From: a virus
Taxonomy: Duplodnaviria; Heunggongvirae; Uroviricota; Caudoviricetes
Reading direction: 5' to 3' (one strand)
DNA: 64,000 bases
IMG/VR virus record: IMGVR_UViG_3300036766_001364
Location: 64,001 to 128,000 of that record
Shown here: one piece after another, positions 26,805 through 34,375 of the stretch
How the letters are laid out: every line of letters begins with the position of its first letter
Numbering within the stretch: position 1 is the stretch's first letter
Made by a program: the position numbers and the translations under genes
Notes under the pieces: generated by a model
Told to the model about the DNA's origin: nothing
Database searches by the model: none
Seen by the model: only the letters and a program-made list of their open reading frames with translations

Positions 26805-26893
26805 GGAAGGTCAAGCGCTGAGGTAGCGCGCCCGCCTGCTAAGCGGTGCGGTCCTGTCATGGGGCTGTGGGTCGGGTCCACGGCCTTCCGCCA
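26805..26893 (+). tRNA. trnS: tRNA-Ser(GCT) with degenerate T-arm
   Basis: Loop CT-GCT-AA, long variable arm, T-loop TCGGGT. Confidence 0.7.
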
Positions 26894-26894
26894 T

Positions 26895-26968
26895 AGGTCC
26901 TTGGTTTAACGGCAGAACGGCTCTCTGATATAGAGCTGACGAAGGTTCGACTCCTTCAGGACCTACCA
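26895..26968 (+). tRNA. trnI: tRNA-Ile(GAT)
   Basis: Loop CT-GAT-AT. Confidence 0.88.
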
Positions 26969-26969
26969 A

Positions 26970-27500
26970 TTAATTTTCAGGAATCAGAGCCATGGCAGTT
27001 CTGATGTCTGCACACGAGAGCAGTCCTCTCGTCTTTTCAAAATGATGGTTCGGACATAGCCCAGCCAGGTTTTCGGGGAACACTGAATCCCATGGATTTT
27101 CAAACATAGATCTTGGGATGACGTGGTCTACTTGAACGATGCGCTCATAACCGCAGATACAACAGACGTGCGGATGCAACGAGAAATAGATATCGCGAGA
27201 CACCTGACCGATGGCAACCTGTTTGCTGTGCGACGTGGGCCATGGTGACGTGAGATGGTTGAAACATAGAGAGCCAGTTCGTGTGGCAGTCGGCGATCCG
27301 CAGTGTTTGCAGACATGAGGTGCCCTAGTTCTTTTGTGGAATAGAGCGTTATTGACTTTGGCCGAACATGATCTTGAGCAGTATTTGAGCAGAGTTTGAT
27401 TGTCACAGTCTGGCGCGTGACAGCAGTGGGTGACATGTTTGACTGCGGCAGTCTTCCGTCGTGACGCAACAGCTTTTTCGCGATGGGCGGCAGTCCACAC
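26970..27500 (-). CDS. HNH homing endonuclease (antisense, inside tRNA array)
   Basis: CCICGY...VDHVIP...NLAGLCPNHH; N-terminal YCSRSC Zn motif; lower GC than flanks. Confidence 0.85.
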   Translation of the reverse strand: MWTAAHREKAVASRRKTAAVKHVTHCCHAPDCDNQTLLKYCSRSCSAKVNNALFHKRTRAPHVCKHCGSPTATRTGSLCFNHLTSPWPTSHSKQVAIGQVSRDIYFSLHPHVCCICGYERIVQVDHVIPRSMFENPWDSVFPENLAGLCPNHHFEKTRGLLSCADIRTAMALIPEN

Positions 27501-27548
27501 GGATAGAGCTTACCGGCAATCAGGGTTCGATTCCCTGCGACTCTACCA
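27501..27548 (+). pseudogene. partial tRNA (3' D-loop, T-arm, acceptor strand, CCA)
   Basis: GGATAGAGC...CAGGG-TTCGATT-CCCTG-CGACTCT-A-CCA with no 5' half or anticodon arm. Confidence 0.6.
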
Positions 27549-27587
27549 ATTTCATGATCCGCGGCGTGGCGGTTACAATCGCGCCAA

Positions 27588-28318
27588 TGGACGCCATCCG
27601 GTTGCTCAAGGGAATCATCGAGATGACTGATGGCGGATATGAGTATGTCGCGCCAGGTGAGAAGCCGCCGCATGGAGAGCCTCTTGAGCAGGGCCCGCGC
27701 GGCGGCAGGCGATATATCCCCGGCGGTCAGCCTTCAGCGGTGCAGAAGCCGGTCAAGAAGGGACCGATCGACATCGCACGGATGTTCACTGAGGGGCGTA
27801 ACCCGCGGATGCAGCCCGACCCGCAGTGGATGCTTACGTCCAAGCAGGCGAAATGGCTCAAGGACGTGATGGACCGCAGCAAGAAGTTCGGCGGTTCGGT
27901 AGGTAAGGGCGTGCTGTACGAGCTTGAGGACGACGATGGTCATATGCCGTTCTCAGTGATGTTCATGGACAACGGCGCGGCGATCCTGCACGGTCATGAT
28001 CACGAGAAGCCCGAGCGTGAAAAGCCAGAGCAGCCGAAGTCAGAAGAGCCCGGCAAGACGACGCCGTATGATCAGGTGCGCAACATACTGCGGGGCGATC
28101 GCGGGCAGCTCTATCGGAACACGCTCCATTGGAAGCTCGATCCCAAGTGGACGGGCGTACTGAGAGACTACTTGACGGCGCGAGGGATCGATATAGATGC
28201 GGTCACCGGTAGGGCGTATGTCCCACCGGAAGGCGCCGGGAAGTACGACGGCTATCTGGTCGACTTCTATGACGACACCGCCAGGGTGTCACATACCTTC
28301 GATCGATCGCACAGTTAG
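27588..28318 (+). CDS. hypothetical protein with GPRGG module (start 27554-27626 uncertain)
   Basis: YEYVAPGEKPPHGEPLEQGPRGGRRY. Confidence 0.65.
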
Positions 28319-28320
28319 AC

Positions 28321-28396
28321 ACAGACGTAGCTCAAATGGCAGAGCGCCGATCTCATAAGTCGGATTATTTCGGTCCGAGTCCGAACGTCTGTACCA
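28321..28396 (+). tRNA. trnM: tRNA-Met(CAT) elongator or Ile2; T-loop TCCGAGT
   Basis: Loop CT-CAT-AA. Confidence 0.82.
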
Positions 28397-28403
28397 AGCG
28401 ATC

Positions 28404-28537
28404 AACGGCCCATCGGCAGTCATGGCCGCGGGATACTTCGGATAGCCGGTTCGAATCCGGTCGTCGTCCCGAGAGGGACGAATGAGTAGCCAATCCTAGC
28501 GGTTGGTCCCGCTCCGATTTTCCTCCGATGGGCCGTT
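28404..28537 (+). ncRNA. YrlA-like Y RNA 1
   Basis: Terminal stem AACGGCCCATCGG/CCGATGGGCCGTT enclosing T-arm GCCGG-TTCGAAT-CCGGT and a capped acceptor-like hairpin; upstream of Ro60. Confidence 0.75.
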
Positions 28538-28560
28538 CTCCACCGTGGTACTATTCCCTC

Positions 28561-28627
28561 GCTGCGGCAGTCAGCAATCCGGGTTCATCTTCGTCGATAT
28601 CCCCGAGTCGCGATGATCCTCCGCAGC
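28561..28627 (+). ncRNA. short Y-RNA-like element 2
   Basis: GCTGCGG/CCGCAGC stem followed by shared CAGTCA motif. Confidence 0.5.
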
Positions 28628-28644
28628 ACGGATAGAACAAGAGC

Positions 28645-28785
28645 GGGTCCTGGCACTCACTTCTGGGATACTTCGTATGGTTCCGCGGGTCGACGGTTCG
28701 AATCCTTCTCGGTGGGCGAAAGCCCAACGATAGCTCAGCGGTAGAGCAGCGGATAAGACACCCGGTCGAATATGGTCCAGGGCTC
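28645..28785 (+). ncRNA. YrlA-like Y RNA 3
   Basis: GGGTCCTGG/CCAGGGCTC stem; T-arm TTCGAAT, then hairpin TCGGTGGGC-GAAA-GCCCAACGA, then D-arm TAGCTCAGCGGTAGAGC (permuted tRNA order); GGTCGAA near 3' end. Confidence 0.8.
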
Positions 28786-28807
28786 ATTTAAGAAGGAGGG
28801 CACGAAG

Positions 28808-30283
28808 ATGCCGAGGTTCAACACGGCGACGATCTCGCGGACCGTCCCGACGGCGGTCAATCGCGCTGGCGGGCTCGCCTACGACGAATCGGCGAAGCTC
28901 AGGCTGGTCAGCCACGCCCTCACATCGTTCGTGAACGACCAGTATTACAGGTCGGCGGGAGACGGGATCGCCGAGATGCGCGGCCTGCTCGATGTGGTCG
29001 ACCCGATGTTCGCGGCGAAGGCGGCGATCGTGGCGCGGACTCAGTTCGGGATGCGCAGCATCTCGCACGTCATCGCGGGTGAGCTCGCCGGCCGCGTCAA
29101 GGGACAGTCGTGGATGAAGCATTTCTTCCGCAGGGTCGCGCTGCGGCCCGACGACATGCTCGAGATCCGTGCCTACTACAACCAGTATGTCGCGACCGGC
29201 AAAGGAACCCGCAAGGACGGCCTGCCGATGGTCCCGAACCAGATGAAAGACGGCTTCGCCCTCCGCTTGAGGGAGCTCGACGGCTACCGGCTCGCGAAGT
29301 ACCGCGGAGACGGCAGGACCGTCAACATGTTCGACGTCGTCAACGCGACGCATCCCGGCAAGACCGAGCCGATCGACGCCCTGATGAAGGGGACGCTCGG
29401 GTCGGCGGACACCTGGGAGGTCGCGCTCTCGGCAGCCGGGCAGGCGGAAGGGGAGGACGTCGATACCAAGGACCTCAAGGCCGACGCGTGGAAGAGGCTC
29501 CTGGAGGAGCGCAAGCTCGGGTACTTCGCGCTGCTGCGCAACCTGCGCAACATCATGAAGCAGGCGCCAGAGGTCGTGACGCTCGCGTGCGAGCAGCTGA
29601 TGGACGAGGACGCCATCAGGAAGAGTCTCGTGCTCCCGTTCCGGTTCACGACGGCGTACGACACGCTCCAGAAGGAGGCCGGCGCGTCACAAGTCCTCCA
29701 TGCAGTCTCGCGTGCCATGGACATCTCGGTCGGGAACGTCGCGATGCCTGAGGGCACGACGCTCGTCGCGCTCGACGTGTCGGGATCGATGGGCGGCCGA
29801 CCGATCGAGATCGGGTCGCTCTTCGCGGCGGCGTTCGCGTCGCGCGGAGCAGACCTCATGCTCTTCACGGGCGACGCGAAGTACCTGTCGGTCCCGCTCG
29901 GGGCTTCGGCGAGCGCGATCGTCTCCGACATCAAGCGGATGATGACGCCGCGAGGCACAAACTTCCACTCGATCTTCGAGACGGCGAAGGTCGCGTACGA
30001 CAACATCGTCATCATCTCTGACATGCAGGGGTGGATGGCGAGCGAGCGCCAAGCGCTGGGCGGCGCTCCGCGAAAGGCGTACGCAGAATACCGCAAGAGG
30101 ACGGGAGCGACGCCGAAGATCTTCAGCTTCGATATCGCCGGTTACGGGACGCTCCAGTTCCCAGAGGACGACGTGTACGCCCTCGCCGGGTTCAGCGACA
30201 AGACGCTCGACATCGTCTGCGCCCTCTCTATCGGAGGCAAGGACGCGCTCGTCAGGACAGTCGAGGAGACCACATTCGACTGA
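28808..30283 (+). CDS. rsr: Ro60/Rsr TROVE-domain RNA-binding protein with C-terminal vWA
   Basis: NRAGGLAY, AAIVARTQFGMRS, LGYFALLRNLRNI, VLPFRF, LDVSGSM, ISDMQ; RBS AGGAGG before ATG 28808. Confidence 0.9.
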   Translation: MPRFNTATISRTVPTAVNRAGGLAYDESAKLRLVSHALTSFVNDQYYRSAGDGIAEMRGLLDVVDPMFAAKAAIVARTQFGMRSISHVIAGELAGRVKGQSWMKHFFRRVALRPDDMLEIRAYYNQYVATGKGTRKDGLPMVPNQMKDGFALRLRELDGYRLAKYRGDGRTVNMFDVVNATHPGKTEPIDALMKGTLGSADTWEVALSAAGQAEGEDVDTKDLKADAWKRLLEERKLGYFALLRNLRNIMKQAPEVVTLACEQLMDEDAIRKSLVLPFRFTTAYDTLQKEAGASQVLHAVSRAMDISVGNVAMPEGTTLVALDVSGSMGGRPIEIGSLFAAAFASRGADLMLFTGDAKYLSVPLGASASAIVSDIKRMMTPRGTNFHSIFETAKVAYDNIVIISDMQGWMASERQALGGAPRKAYAEYRKRTGATPKIFSFDIAGYGTLQFPEDDVYALAGFSDKTLDIVCALSIGGKDALVRTVEETTFD

Positions 30284-30366
30284 GGGGAGTCAGGGCAGTC
30301 ATCGCGAGCGTTCCATCGTCAGGCTTAGAACCTGCTAGCCGTTACGCTCCTGAGTCTATCCTCCCC
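30284..30366 (+). ncRNA. Y-RNA-like element 4
   Basis: GGGGAG/CTCCCC and GAGCGT/ACGCTC stems, GGCAGTCA motif, directly after the rsr stop. Confidence 0.45.
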
Positions 30367-30378
30367 CGACGCTCGAAC

Positions 30379-30455
30379 GCCGCCGTAGCTCAGTCTGGAA
30401 GAGCGGCCGTTTTGTAAGCGGCAGGTCGCGGGTTCGATGCCCGTCGGCGGCCCCA
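30379..30455 (+). tRNA. trnT: tRNA-Thr(TGT)
   Basis: Loop TT-TGT-AA. Confidence 0.88.
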
Positions 30456-30457
30456 AC

Positions 30458-30531
30458 GCCAGCTTCGTCTAGAGGCAGGACGCCATCTTGGTAAGATGAA
30501 GACGAGGGTCCGATCCCCTCAGCTGGACCCA
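30458..30531 (+). tRNA. trnT: tRNA-Thr(GGT), T-loop TCCGATC
   Basis: Loop TT-GGT-AA, 1:72 mismatch. Confidence 0.75.
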
Positions 30532-30534
30532 CGC

Positions 30535-30612
30535 GCTACCGTAGCTCAGTTTGGCACGAGCGACGCTCCCGTAAAGCGTAGGTCGCAGGTTCGAGGCCTG
30601 TCGGTAGCTCCA
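30535..30612 (+). tRNA. trnT: tRNA-Thr(CGT)
   Basis: Loop CC-CGT-AA. Confidence 0.9.
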
Positions 30613-30613
30613 C

Positions 30614-30687
30614 CCGATAGTGATATAATGGCAGCATTCGACGCTTCCAACGTCGCCGCGTCGGTTCGAGCCCGGCCTGTCGGTCCA
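30614..30687 (+). tRNA. trnG: tRNA-Gly(TCC)
   Basis: Loop CT-TCC-AA, U73. Confidence 0.8.
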
Positions 30688-30698
30688 TTCAGGTGAGT

Positions 30699-30772
30699 TT
30701 CAGGATGGTATAACGATAGCACGTCTGGCCCTGGACCAGAAGATCGGGGTTTGAATCCCTGTCCTGAAACCA
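30699..30772 (+). tRNA. trnQ: tRNA-Gln(CTG), T-loop TTTGAAT
   Basis: Loop CC-CTG-GA. Confidence 0.8.
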
Positions 30773-30775
30773 ATT

Positions 30776-30997
30776 CCTCTCTCGTCTAACGGAAGGACGC
30801 CACTCCCCCTGAAGGTCTGTTCAGTCTGTGGGCTGAGTCCAGAATGGAACGGGCAGTCATTAATTTTCATTCTCGATCACGTCAACGGCGTGAGGAACGA
30901 CAATCGACTCGAGAATCTCAGGTTCGTCTGTCTTAATTGCAACCGCCAGCTTCCGACGTTTTGTGGCCGTAATCTCAAGCGTTCCTCCATAGTGTAA
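30776..30997 (+). pseudogene. 5' half of a tRNA fused to a truncated HNH endonuclease fragment
   Basis: TCCTCTC-TC-GTCTAACGGAAGGAC-GCCAC, then a frame reading CSVCGLSPEWNGQSLIFILDHVNGVRNDNRLENLRFVCLNCNRQLPTFCGRN with no start codon. Confidence 0.75.
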
Positions 30998-31058
30998 CTG
31001 GGTAGCACATCGCCCTTTGAAGTCGAGAGTCCACGTCCGAACCGTGGTGGAGGAGCCA
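30983..31058 (+). tRNA. trnQ: tRNA-Gln(TTG), T-loop TCCGAAC
   Basis: Loop CT-TTG-AA. Confidence 0.82.
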
Positions 31059-31121
31059 AGATCGCGTCTTCCCGCCGGCTCGCCTGTACAGATCGGCGCT
31101 CTTCCGTACTAAAATAGGGAC

Positions 31122-31358
31122 ATGAAGACGCTGGACATCGTCATCGGCCGCGACGGCTGCGAGACTGTCATCGCCACGGTCGACGAAGAGGGGCGCGTGT
31201 CGGGTTTTCCGGGGGTCGTCAGGGCGATCGACGAGACGATCGTCCGCGACCCGCGCACCGGGTCGCCGCTGCCCCACCGCGGAGAGCTTTATCTTGACGC
31301 TCTCGCGGGCGCGATGACTGACGGATACATACGCTGCCGCGTGCGGATCGCGGCGTGA
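31122..31358 (+). CDS. hypothetical protein
   Basis: ORF after promoter-like TGTAC...GTACT. Confidence 0.6.
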   Translation: MKTLDIVIGRDGCETVIATVDEEGRVSGFPGVVRAIDETIVRDPRTGSPLPHRGELYLDALAGAMTDGYIRCRVRIAA

Positions 31359-31608
31359 TGAAGGAGATCCCTGCGCGCTAAGCTGTCGAATCCACGGCAG
31401 CCGTAGTGGATGCTCGGTCCCAGACGGACACCTCAGACGGGCCGTCAGGGATGAGAAAAGCGCGAATCTCCGGTCGGCGCATCAGGGTTCTGCGCCGATC
31501 ATTTTCTTGTCTTCTCGCTCTCTCGGGTTTATGTGCCCATCTCCATCACTGGTATGATGGTCTGTGCGATGACTGGCGTCGCGTTACATCTGACCGTGGA
31601 GAAGACGA

Positions 31609-31902
31609 CTGACGGCCCCAAAGCAAGAGAAGATCTACACGGCGATCGACGTCTATGACAGGCGTGGGTTCAGGGCTCAGCTGCGCGTCGTCGCGATCAA
31701 GTGGAAGGGCCGATACAGGATCCACGTCAGGGACTTCTACCTCGACGACGAGAAGAACTTCCTGCCCGGTCGCGGCGTCGCGTTCTCGCTCGACCAGCTC
31801 GAGCGCGTCGTCTACGGCCTGCGCCTCGCGCACGAGGACTACGTCAACGGAGGTCTGGTGGACGATGGGCTCACGGGGGAACCCCCAGAGGATGGTATCT
31901 AG
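31609..31902 (+). CDS. PC4/YdbC-like ssDNA-binding protein (probable CTG start, absent from ORF track)
   Basis: Frame reads KWKGRYRIHVRDFYLDDEKNFLPGRGVAFSLDQLERV; GGAG 7 nt before CTG; in-frame TGA just upstream. Confidence 0.65.
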   Translation: MTAPKQEKIYTAIDVYDRRGFRAQLRVVAIKWKGRYRIHVRDFYLDDEKNFLPGRGVAFSLDQLERVVYGLRLAHEDYVNGGLVDDGLTGEPPEDGI

Positions 31903-31909
31903 GGCGCTG

Positions 31910-32185
31910 ATGCGCAGCCGCGATCCGCGGACGCGAGCGTTCGGTCGAGCCCTCGCTCGCGGGCGCGTCACGCCCGGGTCGCAGCTCGACCTGGCGATCA
32001 GCATCTCGGCCGCCGTGATGAAGCAGGCCGGCGGCAGTGGCGGTGGTGGCGACGGGGGCGGCGGCGCCGGTCCCGCGACGGGGAGCCCTATGATCGGGTC
32101 CGACGTCTACACGCCGACGCCGTCGTCTGGGCGCAGGCGGGTTTCACGGCTGTCGAGGGCGAACTATGATCTCGCACAGGAATGA
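31910..32185 (+). CDS. small Gly-rich hypothetical protein
   Basis: ATG 31910, stop overlaps protease start; VMKQ motif. Confidence 0.5.
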   Translation: MRSRDPRTRAFGRALARGRVTPGSQLDLAISISAAVMKQAGGSGGGGDGGGGAGPATGSPMIGSDVYTPTPSSGRRRVSRLSRANYDLAQE

Positions 32186-34275
32186 CAGTCTGGGCTAGCG
32201 TCATCGACAACACCCTCCCGCAGTACGAACTGCGGAGATACGGTGCCGTCTCGGTCATCTCTAAGGCGGATCCCGGCCCGCTCAAGGCCAGGCGCGAGGT
32301 CATCGTGGCGGGCTACGCGTCGCCGCAGGTGATCGATCGCGACAAGCACGTGATCACCAAGGAGGCCCTCGCGAAGGACCTCCCGCGCTTCATGGCGCAC
32401 CCAAAGTATCGAAACGTCAATCTCTTACACTGTCTTGAGGCCGGCACGCAGATACAGGTGCCAGAAGGCGTGGGATCGTTCAAGCCGATCGAGCAGATCG
32501 AGGTCGGCGATCGCGTGTACACCCACAAGGGCAGAATCATGCCGGTCACCGAGGTGTTCAAGCACAAGGGACCGGACGAGCTGATCGAGCTGACGCTCGA
32601 AAACGGCGTGACCGTGCGACTGACTGATGAGCACCAGATCCTCGTCGTGGATCGCGGTTGGATCAGAGCTGGAGATCTCGCTCAGGGCGATATCCTGCAT
32701 CATCTCGTCGATCATGAGCCGCCGGAGATGCTCGTCACTGGAGTGCGAGTCGTGTCGGCTACGCGGGTAGCCTTCGAGGGTTGGGTCTATAATGTCGAGG
32801 TCGACGGGGACCACTCATACGCCGGCGACGGAATCGTATTCCACAACTCGAACGTCCAAGTCGGCGAGGTCATCCCGTCGTGGACAGACTCCGAGACGGG
32901 CAAGCGCTACGAGACGAAAGTGGACGACGTCGGTCTCTTCGTCGTCGTCAAGATCCGCACCGATCCCTATCGCCCGCCCATCGTCGACAAGGTCATCGAG
33001 GACATCGAATCGGGAAAGATCGCCTCGTTCTCGATCTCGGCGGACGCGCCGTTCGAGTCGCGGAGGCACGAGTGCGCGAACGGGACCTGTTTTTGGGTAA
33101 TTCACGACATCGTCACGTACGAAATAACTTTGGCCGCGATGCCGGGGACCGTCGTGACGACCGCGAAGGGCGATCTTCTGATCGAAGATGTCCAGGTCGG
33201 AGACCAGGTCTTCACGCACCGTCGACGCCGACGGATGGTCAACGCCGCTGGCATGATCTGGTACACGGGCGACGTCATTCGCATCACGACCGACGATGGT
33301 GCAATAGAAGTGACGCCAGAGCACCAGATTAGAATCATCCGTAAGGGCCAGACTCGCGCTCATTGGATCGACCCTACGGACATCAATGAGGGTGATACTG
33401 TCGTCAAGGGCGATAATTTTCGAGGGGGCATCAGGACTGTCGATGGTCGCAAGCGACAGATCGCTGGCGTGACTTCGCCCGAATTCAGGAAGAAGCGCGC
33501 CGAGATCATGCGTCAGGCGTGGGCAGACCCGAGCTATCGGGCAGCGATGGTAGTGAGGCTCGCCGAGACGAGGAGCAAGCACACGCGCGAGAGCTATGTG
33601 AAGCTCTCTGAATCGCTCAAGGCATCGTGGGACGACGAGCGCAGACGAGCGCTCAGTGAAGAGATGCGAGATCGTTGGCTCGACATCGAATATAAAGAGC
33701 GGGTCATCGATTCGATGAGAGAGACGGCGTCTACGCCCGAGAGACGCGAGGCGCATAGCATGGCTTCGAAGGCCGTCATGGCCGATGAGACCGTGCGGGC
33801 TAGAATCGGTGACGCGTCAAAACAGCGTTGGCAGGACGATGAGTATCGTCGGCGCGTAAAGAGAGCTCAACTCGACTCGTGGGACGATCGCGACGATAGG
33901 CGCGAGGGCGCGAGGCAGACGTTGAGCCGGCTCAAGCGGGATCCCGCGTTCAACGAGGCGCGGTTCAAGTCGTTGAGACTGTCGCCAAATAATCTGGAAA
34001 AATCGCTGTGGGCGAGGATCGGCGAATTCGGCTACCTCTACACTGGCGATGGCAAGCTCATCACGAAGAGCGGCCTGTGTCCGGACTTCGAGCATCGCGG
34101 CAAGCCCAAAGTCGTCGAAGTCTTTGGTGACTACTGGCACGCCGGGCAGGATCCTCTCGACAGGATTCAGCGGCTCAAGGGCGACGGCTTCGACAGCATT
34201 ATCGTTTGGGAGCGAGAGGTGAATGAGGACATCGACGGGGTCGTCAGGCGGATAGAGGAGTTCACTAATGCCTAA
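32182..34275 (+). CDS. prohead (capsid maturation) protease N-part with mini-intein and IntN of a split intein
   Basis: IVAGYAS...DRDKHVI, NLLH, GLFVVVKI, IESGKIASFSISA, YEITL (HK97-type protease motifs). Confidence 0.85.
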   Translation: MTVWASVIDNTLPQYELRRYGAVSVISKADPGPLKARREVIVAGYASPQVIDRDKHVITKEALAKDLPRFMAHPKYRNVNLLHCLEAGTQIQVPEGVGSFKPIEQIEVGDRVYTHKGRIMPVTEVFKHKGPDELIELTLENGVTVRLTDEHQILVVDRGWIRAGDLAQGDILHHLVDHEPPEMLVTGVRVVSATRVAFEGWVYNVEVDGDHSYAGDGIVFHNSNVQVGEVIPSWTDSETGKRYETKVDDVGLFVVVKIRTDPYRPPIVDKVIEDIESGKIASFSISADAPFESRRHECANGTCFWVIHDIVTYEITLAAMPGTVVTTAKGDLLIEDVQVGDQVFTHRRRRRMVNAAGMIWYTGDVIRITTDDGAIEVTPEHQIRIIRKGQTRAHWIDPTDINEGDTVVKGDNFRGGIRTVDGRKRQIAGVTSPEFRKKRAEIMRQAWADPSYRAAMVVRLAETRSKHTRESYVKLSESLKASWDDERRRALSEEMRDRWLDIEYKERVIDSMRETASTPERREAHSMASKAVMADETVRARIGDASKQRWQDDEYRRRVKRAQLDSWDDRDDRREGARQTLSRLKRDPAFNEARFKSLRLSPNNLEKSLWARIGEFGYLYTGDGKLITKSGLCPDFEHRGKPKVVEVFGDYWHAGQDPLDRIQRLKGDGFDSIIVWEREVNEDIDGVVRRIEEFTNA
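32431..32847 (+). mobile_element. mini-intein (139 aa) inserted right after the putative catalytic His
   Basis: CLEAGTQI..., LTDEHQI, VYNVEVDGDHSYAGDGIVFHN, Ser+1. Confidence 0.92.
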
Positions 34276-34375
34276 GGTGCTGTCTGTCGAGCGCGTCCCA
34301 TACGAGGGTTGGCTGTATTCGCTCGATGTGGATGAGGATCGATCATTCGTCGCTAACGGGCTGGTCGTCCATAAC
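33133..34375 (+). mobile_element. split intein, Ala1 N-part with endonuclease (33133-34275) plus 36-aa IntC (34268-34375)
   Basis: AAMPGTVVTTAKG block A, VTPEHQI block B, NUMOD3-like and Vsr/DUF559-like nuclease, stop; separate MPKVLSVERVPYEGWLYSLDVDEDRSFVANGLVVHN then Cys+1. Confidence 0.8.

Noticed and set aside
28772-28807. Ro60 start at 28772
   Set aside because: Lies inside the 3' stem of Y RNA 3; the RBS supports ATG 28808
22600-31100. CRISPR array suggested by recurring GGTTCGA
   Set aside because: Repeats are tRNA T-loops inside cloverleafs; no constant repeat-spacer period
34255-34280. Programmed -1 frameshift joining the two protease ORFs
   Set aside because: No X-XXY-YYZ heptamer; a well-spaced RBS plus ATG and a typical IntC start favour separate translation, though a sequencing error is not excluded
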